Shown here one piece after another: positions 20,293-31,390 of a stretch of DNA of 64,000 nucleotides. A model generated the notes under the pieces. That model was not told the origin of the DNA, made no database searches, and was given only the letters and a program-made list of their open reading frames with translations. This DNA comes from Bacteroidales bacterium (GTDB lineage: Bacteria > Bacteroidota > Bacteroidia > Bacteroidales > UBA932): the NCBI GenBank assembly GCA_024398075.1, contig JAKSJM010000006.1, forward strand, positions 1,607-65,606, in the 5' to 3' direction. The translations under genes and the position numbers were made by a program. Every line of letters begins with the position of its first letter. The stretch's first letter is position 1.

Positions 20293-20311
20293 CTATATAT
20301 ATGAGTAGGGA

Positions 20312-22510
20312 TTAACCTATCTCTGCGCCATTGTTCAAGGCCTCCTGAGGAGTGATGAAACGCATCTTGCCGTCGCCCTGACGAGCCATGAGAATCATAC
20401 CCTTGGACTCGATACCACGTATCTTGCGAGGTGCAAGGTTCGCAAGGATACAGATCTGCTTGCCCACCATATCCTCTGGAGAGTAATACTCTGCGATACC
20501 AGATACGATGGTTCTCTTGTCGATACCAGTATCGATGGTGAGCTTCAGGAGCTTATCAGTCTTAGGCACTCTCTCTGCCTCAAGGACAGTAGCGGTGCGG
20601 ATGTCCATTTTCTCGAAATCCTCGAAAGTGCACTCTTCCTTCTGAGGAGCAACCACCTTCGCGGCCTCAGCCTTCGCGGCAGCCTCTCTCTCGGCACGGA
20701 TGGTGTCGAGACGATCGAGCTGAGCCTGGATGGCGTCATCCTCGATCTTCGCGAAGAGGAGCTCCGCAGCACCGACCTCGTGACCGGCTGCGATGATGTC
20801 GGTATTTCCGAGCATATCCCAGTCAAGACATACACACTTGCCAAAGCCAGGACATGACGATGCTAGCTTAGGTGCATCGGCAGAGACAGTGTGGAGCGCA
20901 GCGCACTCACCATCCTTATAGGTATTCACAGTCTCCTGCTCACCCTTACGATGGTCTACACCTGCGCAGAGGCATACACCGAGCATCTTGCGGAGCTTCT
21001 CCGCAGCAAATGGTGTGAATGGCTCAAAAGCAATGGCGAGGTCTGCACAAATCTGCATGCAGACATTGAGGATGGTGCCGGTACGCTCCATGTCGGTCTT
21101 GGCGACCTTCCATGGCTCAGTATCTGAGATGTACTTATTTCCGACGCGTGCAATGCTCATGGCATCCTTGAGTGCCTCACGGAAATGATATCCTTCGAGG
21201 TTCTTCTCAAGCGAAGCCCTAAGTGCAGGGATTTCGGCGAGAGTCTCCTTATCTACGTCAAGCAATGTGCCTACAGCAGGAACCTTGCCATCGAAATACT
21301 TATGTGTGAGGACAATGGCACGGTTCACGAAGTTACCGAAGATAGCCACAAGCTCACTATTGTTTCTGGTCTGGAAGTCCTTCCAGCTGAAATCATTGTC
21401 CTTGGTCTCAGGAGCATTGGCAGTGAGGACATAACGCATCACATCCTCCTTGCCAGGGAACTGCTCAAGGTACTCGTGTGCCCAGACAGCCCAGTTGCGT
21501 GAGGTCGAGATCTTGTCGCCCTCGAGGTTAAGGAACTCATTTGAAGGGACATTGTCAGGAAGGATGTAGCCGTCGCCATAAGCCTTCAGCATAGATGGGA
21601 AGACGATGCAGTGGAACACGATGTTATCCTTACCTATGAAGTGAACAAGCTTGGTATCCTCGCTCTTCCACCACTTCTCCCAGCTCTGTGGAAGGAGTTC
21701 CTGGGTGTTTGAAATGTAGCCGATAGGCGCATCAAACCACACATAGAGTACCTTTCCTTCTGCGCCTTCTACAGGTACAGGAACGCCCCAGTCAAGGTCG
21801 CGAGACACTGCGCGTGGCTGGAGACCGCCGTCGATCCAGCTCTTGCACTGGCCGTATACATTTGATCTCCACTCCTTGTGGCCATCAAGGATCCACTCAG
21901 AGAGCCACTTCTCATACTGGTCCAGTGGAAGATACCAGTGAGATGTCTTCTTCTTGACAGGCTCTGCACCGCTAAGCTTTGACTTAGGGTTGATGAGTTC
22001 TTCTGGGGAAAGGGTGCTTCCGCACTTCTCGCACTGATCTCCGTATGCGCCCTCTGCGCCGCACTTAGGGCATGTGCCCACGATATAGCGGTCTGCAAGG
22101 AAGGTCTTTGCCTCTGGGTCATAATACTGCTCGCTCTCCTTGGTCACGAACTTGCCCTCGTCGTAAAGCTTTCTGAAGAACTCAGACGCATTCTTGTCAT
22201 GAACCTCTGAAGAGGTACGCCCGTAGATATCAAAGTTGATTCCGAGTCCTGTGAAAGAGTCCTTGATGATCTTATGGTACTTGTCGACGATGTCCTGAGG
22301 AGTGCAGCCCTGCTGGCGAGCCTTGATGGTGATAGGCACACCGTGCTCATCCGAGCCACAGACATAGAGGACGTCCTCACCTCTCATACGCAGATACCTC
22401 ACGTAGATATCTGCTGGCACATATACGCCGGCGAGATGTCCGATGTGAACTGGACCATTTGCGTAAGGAAGCGCACAGGTCACAAGAGTTCTTTTGTAAT
22501 TCTTTTCCAT
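20312..22510 (-). CDS. metG: Methionine--tRNA ligase
   Basis: [13 protein letters not shown], Zn knuckle [23 protein letters not shown] (KMSKS-like), C-terminal tRNA-binding OB domain. Confidence 0.99.
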   Translation of the reverse strand: MEKNYKRTLVTCALPYANGPVHIGHLAGVYVPADIYVRYLRMRGEDVLYVCGSDEHGVPITIKARQQGCTPQDIVDKYHKIIKDSFTGLGINFDIYGRTSSEVHDKNASEFFRKLYDEGKFVTKESEQYYDPEAKTFLADRYIVGTCPKCGAEGAYGDQCEKCGSTLSPEELINPKSKLSGAEPVKKKTSHWYLPLDQYEKWLSEWILDGHKEWRSNVYGQCKSWIDGGLQPRAVSRDLDWGVPVPVEGAEGKVLYVWFDAPIGYISNTQELLPQSWEKWWKSEDTKLVHFIGKDNIVFHCIVFPSMLKAYGDGYILPDNVPSNEFLNLEGDKISTSRNWAVWAHEYLEQFPGKEDVMRYVLTANAPETKDNDFSWKDFQTRNNSELVAIFGNFVNRAIVLTHKYFDGKVPAVGTLLDVDKETLAEIPALRASLEKNLEGYHFREALKDAMSIARVGNKYISDTEPWKVAKTDMERTGTILNVCMQICADLAIAFEPFTPFAAEKLRKMLGVCLCAGVDHRKGEQETVNTYKDGECAALHTVSADAPKLASSCPGFGKCVCLDWDMLGNTDIIAAGHEVGAAELLFAKIEDDAIQAQLDRLDTIRAEREAAAKAEAAKVVAPQKEECTFEDFEKMDIRTATVLEAERVPKTDKLLKLTIDTGIDKRTIVSGIAEYYSPEDMVGKQICILANLAPRKIRGIESKGMILMARQGDGKMRFITPQEALNNGAEIG

Positions 22511-22524
22511 ATATAATACTGATA

Positions 22525-24519
22525 TTAATAATCTTTCTTTTCCCTTCCAAGCATCACCTTGACCTTGGACTGGGCTTTCTGGAACTTGGACAGATCTGTC
22601 ATTATCGCCACCTGGCGATCTGCGTCTGTGCAGTTCTGAAGTTCCTTTCTGAGATTCTGGATCATATCTTCAAAACGCCTTTCAGCATAATAGAGTATAG
22701 CTTTCGGCACCTGCCTTACCAGCCATGAATCCTCAGTGGTCATGGACTTCTGAAGAGCCTCGACCGTAAGCTGGTACTTTTCCACTGACAGTTCAGCAGC
22801 CACAAAGGCCAGATCTCTATCCTCAGAATTCAACAATCTGCAGAGCATTTCGTCCTGCTCAAGTCCCTCATCGTACATAACGAAGTACGCATCGTATACC
22901 TTTCTGAATATTTCGTTCTGGAAGAAGCTTCCATCGGTCTCAATGGAATCCCTGATGAAATCAGCTACCAGAGGCTTATCTTCCTCCGAACCAGAGTAAT
23001 ATTCTGAGTCGCTCTCGAAATTCAGCACTTTGGTGCCATAGGAAAGAATGAAATACAGCAAGTCTTTCTCGGCACTGGCAAGAACCTTATTTGTCTCCAG
23101 AGCCTCTAAATCAAAAGGCTTCTGGGCTACAACAGGCTGCTCTACCTCATAAGGAGCGACAGGATCAAGCCCTGAGTCGACACGCCTCCTCGTCCTCTCC
23201 TCGGAAGCCGCAGCCACCTCCATAGCTTTTTCCCTGGCGGCCTTGATATGGCCAAAGACCACTTCCTGGTCGATGCCGAATCTCTCAGCACATACCTGCG
23301 CAAAGACAGTTCTTTTCATAGCATCAGAGACAAGCGAGATAGCTCCGCTGATATCAGAGATAAGCTCTGCTTTCTTGACAGGATCTCCGTCAACCTGCAC
23401 TCTGTCTGCCATGAAAGAGATAAAGTCCTGCTCATGTGTATCGAGGAAAAGCTTGACTTCTTCAAGAGTATGCTTTCGTGAATATGAATCAGGGTCCTCT
23501 CCATCTGGAAGGAGTACAAGCCTTACATTCATGTCTTCTGCAAGAATGAGCTTGATAGCCTTGACTGCAGCATTGATGCCTGCTTTATCACCATCATACA
23601 TCACGGTGACATTGTCAGTATATTTCTTTATGAGCCTTACTTGCTCTGAGGTGAGTGCGGTGCCGCAAGAGGCCAAAAGGTTTGTGATACCTAGCTGGTG
23701 CATGGACACCACGTCCACATTTCCCTCCACCAGATAACACTTGTCTTGCTTCGAGATCTCGGACTTCGCCAGGTAGACGCCATACAAGGTACGGCTCTTC
23801 ACATAAATCTCGGTCTCCGGAGAATTCATATATTTTCCTGTATTCTCCCTCTCGACCAGGATACGGCAGCTGAAGCCGACTACACGACCACTGACAGCGT
23901 GAATAGGGAAAGTGACTCTGTCATGGAAGCGGTCGCAAAGGCGTCCATCGTCGTACCTGACGCAGAGACCAGCCTCGATGAGATACTCTTCCTTGAAACC
24001 TGCCTCAAGTGCAGCCTTGGCGAGAGCGGTGCGGTCGGAAGGTGACCATCCAAGGCCAAATTTGGCAATGGTCTCGTCCGACAGCCCGCGCGAGCGAAGG
24101 TAGGCGTAGCCGATGGCGCGGCCTTCCCCGCTCTGGAGGTTATTCTCGAAGAACTTCTGTGCGAAATCATTGACCAGAAAAAGCGTCTCCCTGTGCTGCT
24201 TTTTCGCTATATCCTCAGCCGTCTCCTCTTTCTCCTCTATCTCAATATGGTATTTGTTTGCAAGATACCTCAACGCATCTGGATAAGTCAGATGCTCATA
24301 ATCCATTAGGAAACCTATGGACGAACCTGCCTTGCCACAGCCGAAGCACTTGTAGATACCCCTGGACGGTGTGACATGAAATGACGGGGTTTTCTCTTGA
24401 TGGAAGGGACAGCACGCCACGAAACTTGCTCCGCGGCGCTTGAGCGTCACGAAGTCACCCACCACCTCTTCGATGCGGGCTGCGTCAAGTATCCTGTTCT
24501 TTGTCTCTTCTGGTATCAT
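22525..24519 (-). CDS. dnaG: DNA primase
   Basis: Zn finger [46 protein letters not shown]. Confidence 0.99.
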   Translation of the reverse strand: MIPEETKNRILDAARIEEVVGDFVTLKRRGASFVACCPFHQEKTPSFHVTPSRGIYKCFGCGKAGSSIGFLMDYEHLTYPDALRYLANKYHIEIEEKEETAEDIAKKQHRETLFLVNDFAQKFFENNLQSGEGRAIGYAYLRSRGLSDETIAKFGLGWSPSDRTALAKAALEAGFKEEYLIEAGLCVRYDDGRLCDRFHDRVTFPIHAVSGRVVGFSCRILVERENTGKYMNSPETEIYVKSRTLYGVYLAKSEISKQDKCYLVEGNVDVVSMHQLGITNLLASCGTALTSEQVRLIKKYTDNVTVMYDGDKAGINAAVKAIKLILAEDMNVRLVLLPDGEDPDSYSRKHTLEEVKLFLDTHEQDFISFMADRVQVDGDPVKKAELISDISGAISLVSDAMKRTVFAQVCAERFGIDQEVVFGHIKAAREKAMEVAAASEERTRRRVDSGLDPVAPYEVEQPVVAQKPFDLEALETNKVLASAEKDLLYFILSYGTKVLNFESDSEYYSGSEEDKPLVADFIRDSIETDGSFFQNEIFRKVYDAYFVMYDEGLEQDEMLCRLLNSEDRDLAFVAAELSVEKYQLTVEALQKSMTTEDSWLVRQVPKAILYYAERRFEDMIQNLRKELQNCTDADRQVAIMTDLSKFQKAQSKVKVMLGREKKDY

Positions 24520-26735
24520 TATGATGCAATTTCACAGAGGAACTTGATACGCACAAGGCGTATCTCCATCTCCTCGTAATCTCCTTCAAGATCCTTCAAT
24601 GCGTCCGCAAGCGAGTCGGACTCAGCCTCGTCACGGAAGTACGAATAGATCTCATCCACGACATCGTCATCGACGTTCTGCTGGATGTAATAGTTAAGGT
24701 TCAGCTTCGTGCCACTGGACACGATAGCCTCGATTTCAGACATGAGTTTGTCCATATCCAGTCCCTTCATGTCTGCGATATCCTCCAGAGCTATCTGTCT
24801 ATCAATGCTCTGGATAATAAAGACTTTATTTGCTGATTTGTTTGGCGCAGTCTTGACGACGAAATCATCCGGACGGATGATGTCATTTTCCTCCACGTAA
24901 TTCTTGATGAGTGTGAGGAAATCCTGACCAAACTTCTTCGCCTTGCCTTCTCCCACTCCCTGGCAATTCTTCAAGTCCTCCATGCTGACAGGATAGCGGA
25001 TGGACATCTCGACGAGTGATGGGTCTGAGAATATGATCCAAGGCTGAAGTTTCAGTCTCTTCGCCATGTCGCGTCTGAGGTCCTTCAGGATGGACAGAAG
25101 CACTGGATCGCCACCACCGCCACCTGAGCGCATAGCTGCAGTAGCTGCTGCAGACTCCTCATCCTCCTCATCGTCTGTACCCATAGAGAACTCTCTGTCC
25201 TCCACAAGCTTAAGTTCATAAGGATTCGATGCGAACAGCATACCCTTCGCAGTGACGCTTATAAGGCCATAGGTCTCAATCTCCTTGTCCAGGAGGTGAA
25301 GAATAAGGCCCTGATGCATGACTGTGCACCAGAACTTCACTGAATGGTTCTTTCCCGCGCCGAAAGAAGGGAGCTTATCGTGATGGTAAGTGCTTATATT
25401 TGAGTTCGTGACGCCGGCAAGTATATTCGCCAAGTGCTCAATCTTGAATTTCTCTGGGAGTGACTTGATGAGCTCGATGACCATGCACATCTCCTTGCGT
25501 CCATCAAACACAGGACGAGGATTTATGCAGTTATCGCAGCATCCACAATTCTCCTCATGAAAGTCCTCACCGAAGTAGTTCAGCAGGAGCTTACGACGAC
25601 ACTGGCTGGACTCAGCATAAGCCACGACTTCTGCGAGAAGCTGCTTGCCGATCTCCTGCTCGCTGATCATCTTTGACTGCATGAACTTCTCCAGCTTCTG
25701 GATGTCCTTGTAGCTGTAATAGGTGATGCAGCGGCCTTCCTGGCCATCTCGGCCAGCACGGCCTGTCTCCTGATAGTAGCTTTCTATACTCTTCGGGATG
25801 TCATAATGGATGACGAAGCGGACATCTGGCTTGTCGATGCCCATTCCAAATGCAATGGTAGCGACGATGACATTGACCTGTTCCATAAGGAATGCATCCT
25901 GGTTGTCCATGCGCGTCTTCGCATCGAGACCAGCATGATATGGTCTCGCTGCTATACCATTCATTTCCAGCAAGTTCGCCAATTCTTCAACCTTCTTTCT
26001 GCTGAGGCAATAGATGATACCGGACTTGCCTGCGTTCTGCTTTATGAACTTGATGATGTTCTTCTCGGCATCCACCTTGTCCCTCACCTCGTAGTAGAGG
26101 TTTGGTCTATTGAACGAAGACTTGAAAATCTTCGCATTTGGTATGTTCAAATTCTTGAGGATATCACTCTGCACCTTCGGGGTGGCAGTGGCGGTGAGGG
26201 CAATGATAGGCGCTCTGCCGAGCTGCTCTACCATGTCACGGATGCGCCTGTACTCTGGGCGGAAATCGTGTCCCCAGTCGGAGATACAGTGTGCCTCGTC
26301 TACGGCATAGAATGAAATCTTGATTTCCCTCAGAAGCGACACATTGTCTTCCTTGGTCAATGATTCTGGAGCGACATACAGAAGCTTGGTCCTTCCAGAA
26401 AGAAGGTCCTCGCGGACTTCCTGAATCTGTGCCTTGCTAAGCGAAGAATTCAGGAAGTGCGCGATACATCCATCTCCAGCGGACACAAATCCCCTGATGG
26501 CATCCACCTGGTTCTTCATCAGCGCAATCAGCGGCGAGATGACAATCGCAGTGCCTTCCATCACGAGTGCGGGCAGCTGGTAGCACAAGGACTTTCCCCC
26601 ACCCGTAGGCATCAGTACGAAGGCATCACCTCCTTCAACAAGATGAGTGATAACCTGTTCCTGATCTCCCTTGAATGAGTCAAATCCGAAGAACTGCTTC
26701 AGCTTTGAGCGCAAAATGTCCGATTCTATTGCCAT
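24519..26735 (-). CDS. recQ: ATP-dependent DNA helicase RecQ
   Basis: MPTGGGKSLCYQLP, DEAHCISDWGHDFRP, ATIAFGMGIDKPDVR, YYQETGRAGRDG, Zn (CRR..CGCCDNC), RQC and HRDC regions. Confidence 0.98.
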   Translation of the reverse strand: MAIESDILRSKLKQFFGFDSFKGDQEQVITHLVEGGDAFVLMPTGGGKSLCYQLPALVMEGTAIVISPLIALMKNQVDAIRGFVSAGDGCIAHFLNSSLSKAQIQEVREDLLSGRTKLLYVAPESLTKEDNVSLLREIKISFYAVDEAHCISDWGHDFRPEYRRIRDMVEQLGRAPIIALTATATPKVQSDILKNLNIPNAKIFKSSFNRPNLYYEVRDKVDAEKNIIKFIKQNAGKSGIIYCLSRKKVEELANLLEMNGIAARPYHAGLDAKTRMDNQDAFLMEQVNVIVATIAFGMGIDKPDVRFVIHYDIPKSIESYYQETGRAGRDGQEGRCITYYSYKDIQKLEKFMQSKMISEQEIGKQLLAEVVAYAESSQCRRKLLLNYFGEDFHEENCGCCDNCINPRPVFDGRKEMCMVIELIKSLPEKFKIEHLANILAGVTNSNISTYHHDKLPSFGAGKNHSVKFWCTVMHQGLILHLLDKEIETYGLISVTAKGMLFASNPYELKLVEDREFSMGTDDEEDEESAAATAAMRSGGGGGDPVLLSILKDLRRDMAKRLKLQPWIIFSDPSLVEMSIRYPVSMEDLKNCQGVGEGKAKKFGQDFLTLIKNYVEENDIIRPDDFVVKTAPNKSANKVFIIQSIDRQIALEDIADMKGLDMDKLMSEIEAIVSSGTKLNLNYYIQQNVDDDVVDEIYSYFRDEAESDSLADALKDLEGDYEEMEIRLVRIKFLCEIAS

Positions 26736-26744
26736 ATAGGTTTA

Positions 26745-27986
26745 TTATACCAGTTTATGAATTGCGAGTCCTGAACGAAGCTTAGGTTCAAACCAAGTAG
26801 TCTTCGGAGGCATGATGGCGCCTGTATCGGCGATGTTCATCAGCTGCTCCATAGACACTGGGTAGAGTGCAAAAGCGACCTTCATTTCGCCGCTGTCTAC
26901 TCTGCGCGAAAGCTCACCCAGACCGCGGATTCCTCCCACGAAGTCGATTCTCTTGTCTGTACGGAGGTCCTTGATGCCAAGAATCTTGTCGAGTACAAGG
27001 TTTGAGAGGATAGTTACGTCAAGTACTCCGATAGGGTCATTGTCATCGTAAGTACCAGGGCGAGCAGTAAGAGAGTACCACTTACCTCCAAGATACATGG
27101 CGAAGTTATGAAGTCCCTCTGGTTTGTAGATCTCTGTACCCATACACATGACGTCGAAGTCATAGCCGAGCTTGCCGATGATCTGGCTCTCAGTGAGGCC
27201 ATTGAGATCCTTCACCACGCGATTATAATCGATAATCTTCAGCTGGCTCTCAGGGAAGCATACTGCCATGAAGTAGTTATACTCCTCCTTTCCAGTATGT
27301 GCTGGATTCTGAGACCTCTTCTCTGCTCCTACGCGAGCAGCCGCAGCAGTACGATGATGACCATCTGCCACATAGAACGCCTCGACCTCAGTGGTGAACA
27401 GTTCTGTGATAAGAGCTATGTCGGCATCATCAGATATGACCCAGAGCTCATGGCCGAAACCATTTTCGTCTGTAAACTTATACTCTGACTCGCCAGCGAT
27501 GTAGCGTGCAACGATATCATTGATCTTCTCGTTGTCCTTGTATGCAAAGAAGACAGGCTCAATGTTCGCATTCTGGATGCGAACATGAATCATTCGATCA
27601 TCTTCCTTGTCCTTGCGAGTAAGTTCATGCTTCTTGATGAGTCCATTTGCATAATCATCAGTGTGCGCGCAGAGGACGATGCCATACTGGGTACGCTCGC
27701 CCATGGTCTGTGAGTACACATAGTAGCAAGGCTTCTCGTCCTGAACAAGCCATCCCTTCTGCTGCCATGCCTGGAAATTCTCCACAGCCTTGTCATAGAC
27801 CTTCTGGTCATGATCTGGGAGGATAGGGTCGAAATCGATCTCTGGCTTGGTGATGTGAAGGAGAGACTTCTCAGATGCCATGGCCTTGGCCTCCTCTGAG
27901 TTGAGGACGTCATAAGGTGGAGCGGCAACCTCTGTAACGAGGTTCTTTGGCGGGCGAACCGCCGCGAAAGGCTTTACAGTGACCAT
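26745..27986 (-). CDS. DUF1015-family protein (ParB/Srx-like ADGHHR motif)
   Basis: PPYDV, IKKHELTR, YVADGHHR, IMPPKTTWFEPKLRSGL. Start placed at ATG 27986 (MVTVKPF), right after the serA stop. Confidence 0.88.
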   Translation of the reverse strand: MVTVKPFAAVRPPKNLVTEVAAPPYDVLNSEEAKAMASEKSLLHITKPEIDFDPILPDHDQKVYDKAVENFQAWQQKGWLVQDEKPCYYVYSQTMGERTQYGIVLCAHTDDYANGLIKKHELTRKDKEDDRMIHVRIQNANIEPVFFAYKDNEKINDIVARYIAGESEYKFTDENGFGHELWVISDDADIALITELFTTEVEAFYVADGHHRTAAAARVGAEKRSQNPAHTGKEEYNYFMAVCFPESQLKIIDYNRVVKDLNGLTESQIIGKLGYDFDVMCMGTEIYKPEGLHNFAMYLGGKWYSLTARPGTYDDNDPIGVLDVTILSNLVLDKILGIKDLRTDKRIDFVGGIRGLGELSRRVDSGEMKVAFALYPVSMEQLMNIADTGAIMPPKTTWFEPKLRSGLAIHKLV

Positions 27987-27987
27987 A

Positions 27988-28908
27988 CTATTTGTTAACC
28001 TGGAATTTTGTGCAACCTGTTGCGAAGTAGTCAGCGATCTGGCGAGCTGCTGCGAGGCCTGCATTTACATTTGCCTCAGCACTCTGCGCACCCATCTTCT
28101 TAGGGGTCGCGAACACGCGAAGGCCGAACTTCTCCTTCATTTCCTCATAGCTATCTGGCATGACGTCAGTGACATACTTGAGGTCTGGGCGCTCCTCGAG
28201 AGCCTTCATAAGACCAGCCTCGTCGATGACCTCCTTGCGCGCTGTGTTCACAAGCGTAGCGCCCTTAGGCATCTTTGAAACCAGGTCGTAGCCAATGCTA
28301 CCGACAGTCTGAGGGGTAGCAGGGATATGGATAGAGACGTAATCACAGCTTGAGTAGAGCTCCTCGAGGGATGCAGCTGGAGTAGCGCCACCCTCTACAA
28401 TCTTCTCTGCTGGAAGGAATGGGTCAATGGCCATGACAGACATGCCAAGTGCCTCAGCCTTCTTTCCTACGAGACGGCCCACATTTCCAAATGCCTGGAT
28501 ACCCACCTTCTTGCCCATGATCTCGGTACCTGTAGCTGGGGTGAACTGCGTACGAGCCATGAATATCATCATGGCGATGGCAAGCTCTGCCACTGCATTT
28601 GAGTTCTGTCCTGGAGTATTCATCACCACTACGCCATGGGCTGTGGCAGCCTCCAAGTCTACATTGTCATAACCAGCACCGGCGCGAACGACGATCTTAA
28701 GCTTCTTCGCAGCATCAAGTACCTCAGCGGTAACCTTGTCTGAACGAATGATCATGGCGTCTACGTCAGAAACTGCGGCTACGAGATCAGACTGCTCTGC
28801 GTACTTCTCGAGAAGTACCACCTCGTGTCCTGCGGCCTCGGAAATCTCCTTTATACCAGCCACTGCAGCTGCGGCAAATGGCTTCTGGGTAGCTAAAAGA
28901 ATCTTCAT
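27988..28908 (-). CDS. serA: D-3-phosphoglycerate dehydrogenase (short form, no ACT domain)
   Basis: VRAGAGYDNVD, MNTPGQNSNAVAEL, AFGNVG, VNTAR; directly follows serC; start ATG 28908. Confidence 0.87.
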   Translation of the reverse strand: MKILLATQKPFAAAAVAGIKEISEAAGHEVVLLEKYAEQSDLVAAVSDVDAMIIRSDKVTAEVLDAAKKLKIVVRAGAGYDNVDLEAATAHGVVVMNTPGQNSNAVAELAIAMMIFMARTQFTPATGTEIMGKKVGIQAFGNVGRLVGKKAEALGMSVMAIDPFLPAEKIVEGGATPAASLEELYSSCDYVSIHIPATPQTVGSIGYDLVSKMPKGATLVNTARKEVIDEAGLMKALEERPDLKYVTDVMPDSYEEMKEKFGLRVFATPKKMGAQSAEANVNAGLAAARQIADYFATGCTKFQVNK

Positions 28909-28912
28909 ATCA

Positions 28913-29986
28913 CTATTTCTTAAGCTGTTCAAACTCCTGCATGCAAGCTACGAGAGCATCTACATCCTCCTGGCTGCAAGCGTTATAGATCGAAGCACGG
29001 AAGCCACCTACTGAACGGTGTCCCTTGATGCCAACCATACCCTTGGACTTGGCGAAAGCCATGAACTCGTCCTGGAGGTCTTCCTTGCCTGGAGCCATCA
29101 CGAAGCAGACGTTCATGATAGAGCGAGAATCCTTCTCTGCTGTGCCAATGAACATGCTGTTTCTGTCGATCTCATCATAGAGAGTCTTTGCCTTCTTCTC
29201 ATTGATGGCATGGATAGCCTCAACTCCACCCATTGACTTAACCCACTTAAGAGTCTCATTCATCACGAAGATAGAGAATACAGGAGGGGTGTTGAACATA
29301 GAGTCCTTGTCGACATGGGTACGAAGGTCAAGCATGGTAGGGATGTAGCGAGTCACCGTGCCGAGAAGATCCTTCTTGATGATGTAGAATGCCACACCTG
29401 CAGGGCCTGCGTTCTTCTGGGCGCCACCATAGATCATGGCATACTTGCTCACATCCACTGGACGGCTAAGAATGTCCGAAGACATATCTGCGATGAGTGG
29501 AACTGGAGAATCGATGTCTTCCTTGATCTCAGTACCATAGATGGTGTTATTTGTAGTGATATGGAAGTAGTCTACATCAGTAGGAATCTCATAATCCTTA
29601 GGGATGTAGGTATAGTTCTTATCCTTAGAGCAAGCCACAGCGTAAGCCTCTCCGAGGCCCTGTGCCTCCTTGAGTGCCTTGTGAGCCCATACGCCTGTGT
29701 CAAGATATGCAGCCTTCTTCTCAAGGAAGTTCATCGCTACATAGAGGAAACCCATGCTGGCACCGCCACCGAGGAACACGACTTCGTAATCCTCAGGGAT
29801 GTGAAGGAGCTCTTTCCAGAGTGCGCGGCACTCATTCATCACCTCGTCCCACTGAGGGGTACGGTGTGAGATGGAAATCAATGAAATACCTGTACCCTTG
29901 AAGTCCTTCAACGCCTCGATGGCATTGTCAATGGCAACCTGTGGAAGGAGGCAAGGGCCTGCATTGAAAACATGAATCTTTTTCAT
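28913..29986 (-). CDS. serC: Phosphoserine aminotransferase
   Basis: [56 protein letters not shown]. Confidence 0.98.
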   Translation of the reverse strand: MKKIHVFNAGPCLLPQVAIDNAIEALKDFKGTGISLISISHRTPQWDEVMNECRALWKELLHIPEDYEVVFLGGGASMGFLYVAMNFLEKKAAYLDTGVWAHKALKEAQGLGEAYAVACSKDKNYTYIPKDYEIPTDVDYFHITTNNTIYGTEIKEDIDSPVPLIADMSSDILSRPVDVSKYAMIYGGAQKNAGPAGVAFYIIKKDLLGTVTRYIPTMLDLRTHVDKDSMFNTPPVFSIFVMNETLKWVKSMGGVEAIHAINEKKAKTLYDEIDRNSMFIGTAEKDSRSIMNVCFVMAPGKEDLQDEFMAFAKSKGMVGIKGHRSVGGFRASIYNACSQEDVDALVACMQEFEQLKK

Positions 29987-30035
29987 TTTTTTTGTTTTTA
30001 TGTTCTAATTCTTTTTTTCAAATCAAAGCGTCACA

Positions 30036-30656
30036 TCAAATCACCTCGATGCAAGCGCCTTCTATCTTCTCTGCCTTTTCGCAGAAATCACTTTCCTGGG
30101 CAAGCCTCACTCGCACAGTCATCGCGCATGAGACGCCGAAATCCTGGTCTCGCTGAGGGAGCGACATGTCCTTGATCAGCTTCATCACCGAGTTCATCGA
30201 GAGGTATGGGAAGCTGATGCGCCAGTCACGACCGGCTATCTTCTCCACCACCTGGGCATTCTGTATGGCGTCGGCAGTGGCTGTTTTATAGGCCCTTATG
30301 AGGCCTGGCACGCCAAGCTTGATGCCTCCGAAGTACCTGACGACCACTACCAGGATGTCACTCAGCCCCGCGGAATCGATCTGCCCCAGTATGGGACGTC
30401 CCGCCGACCCAGAAGGCTCTCCATCGTCACTCGCCCTGAAGCGCGCGCCATCCAGTCCAAGCCTGTATGCGAAGCAATGATGCCGTGCATCATGATACTC
30501 CTTCTTAATGGCATCGACATGGAGCTTTACTTCCTCCTCGCTCTCCACAGGGTAGGCGAACGCCATGAAGCGACTACCCAACTCCTTGTATAGTCCCTCA
30601 GAAGCGCCAGCTACGCTGGAATACGTGTCTACAGACCGAATTTCGTCTTTCGCCAT
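30036..30656 (-). CDS. yigZ: YigZ/IMPACT-family protein
   Basis: GSRFMA, ARHHCFAY, DDGEPSGSAGRPIL, VVRYFGGIKLGVPGLIRAY. Confidence 0.92.
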   Translation of the reverse strand: MAKDEIRSVDTYSSVAGASEGLYKELGSRFMAFAYPVESEEEVKLHVDAIKKEYHDARHHCFAYRLGLDGARFRASDDGEPSGSAGRPILGQIDSAGLSDILVVVVRYFGGIKLGVPGLIRAYKTATADAIQNAQVVEKIAGRDWRISFPYLSMNSVMKLIKDMSLPQRDQDFGVSCAMTVRVRLAQESDFCEKAEKIEGACIEVI

Positions 30657-30660
30657 AATT

Positions 30661-30668
30661 CAAATTTA
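30661..30668 (-). promoter_or_regulatory. -7 box (TAAATTTG) only 4 nt before the yigZ ATG (possible leaderless mRNA)
   Basis: Exact TAnnTTTG at 30668-30661; ATG at 30656. Confidence 0.6.
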
Positions 30669-30745
30669 GTGTTTTTATCTATTATTTGCAACTGAGTGGA
30701 ATTATTTTGTAAATTCGCGGCACGAAAAAAATCTAAACGAATTTT

Positions 30746-31384
30746 ATGGTATACGTTTACAGGGTTACCCTTACCGGAATCAAAGGTTTCTTCAGAGTTT
30801 ATCACGTTAATTCTGAAAATACATTATACTCATTCCACAAGCAGATGAGAGTTGACATGGAGTTTCCTCAGGATCAGCAGATCCTCTTCAAGGGACTGGA
30901 TGCAAATGGAGACGTAGTCGCTCGCTACGGACTCATTGACCTCGGTGCTGGTACCGTGGATGAAGTTACACTCGCCCAGACCGTCAAGGCCGGCGTTGCA
31001 TCTTTTGTGTATTTCTATGACACCACAAACAAGAAGAGCGTAAACGTCACATTTGAAGGAGAGGCACAGGATGAGAGCATCTTCACCCCTACCCTTCTCG
31101 ACATCAAGGGACCAAACCCTATAGAGTTTGAGAACGGCTATGTGGCATTTGAGGATCTTCCTGACGAGCAGAGACACCTCCCTAGCGAGAGCGACAAGGC
31201 TAGAGCAAAGAATGGCGGCGGCCTTGCAGGCCTGCTTGCCGCCCTTGATGACGATAGCGACGACGCATCTTCTGATGGGGATGATATAGAGGACAATGAT
31301 ATCGAAGACGAGGAGGAAGATGAGGACGATGTTTTCGAGGAGGCTGTCGAGATTTACGACGGTTCCGAGGAGCTTTCACTCTAG
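30746..31384 (+). CDS. pRiA4b ORF3-like protein with a long acidic C-terminal tail
   Basis: MVYVYRVTL..FFRVY..ENTLYSFH..FVYFYD pattern resembles the PRiA4_ORF3-like proteins I recall upstream of Bacteroidales miaA; D/E-rich tail. Confidence 0.6.
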   Translation: MVYVYRVTLTGIKGFFRVYHVNSENTLYSFHKQMRVDMEFPQDQQILFKGLDANGDVVARYGLIDLGAGTVDEVTLAQTVKAGVASFVYFYDTTNKKSVNVTFEGEAQDESIFTPTLLDIKGPNPIEFENGYVAFEDLPDEQRHLPSESDKARAKNGGGLAGLLAALDDDSDDASSDGDDIEDNDIEDEEEDEDDVFEEAVEIYDGSEELSL

Positions 31385-31390
31385 TCCGAC

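Noticed and set aside
20828-20974. MetG insertion as a mini-intein
   Set aside because: It starts with Cys but is only 49 aa and lacks the terminal His-Asn and other splicing motifs.
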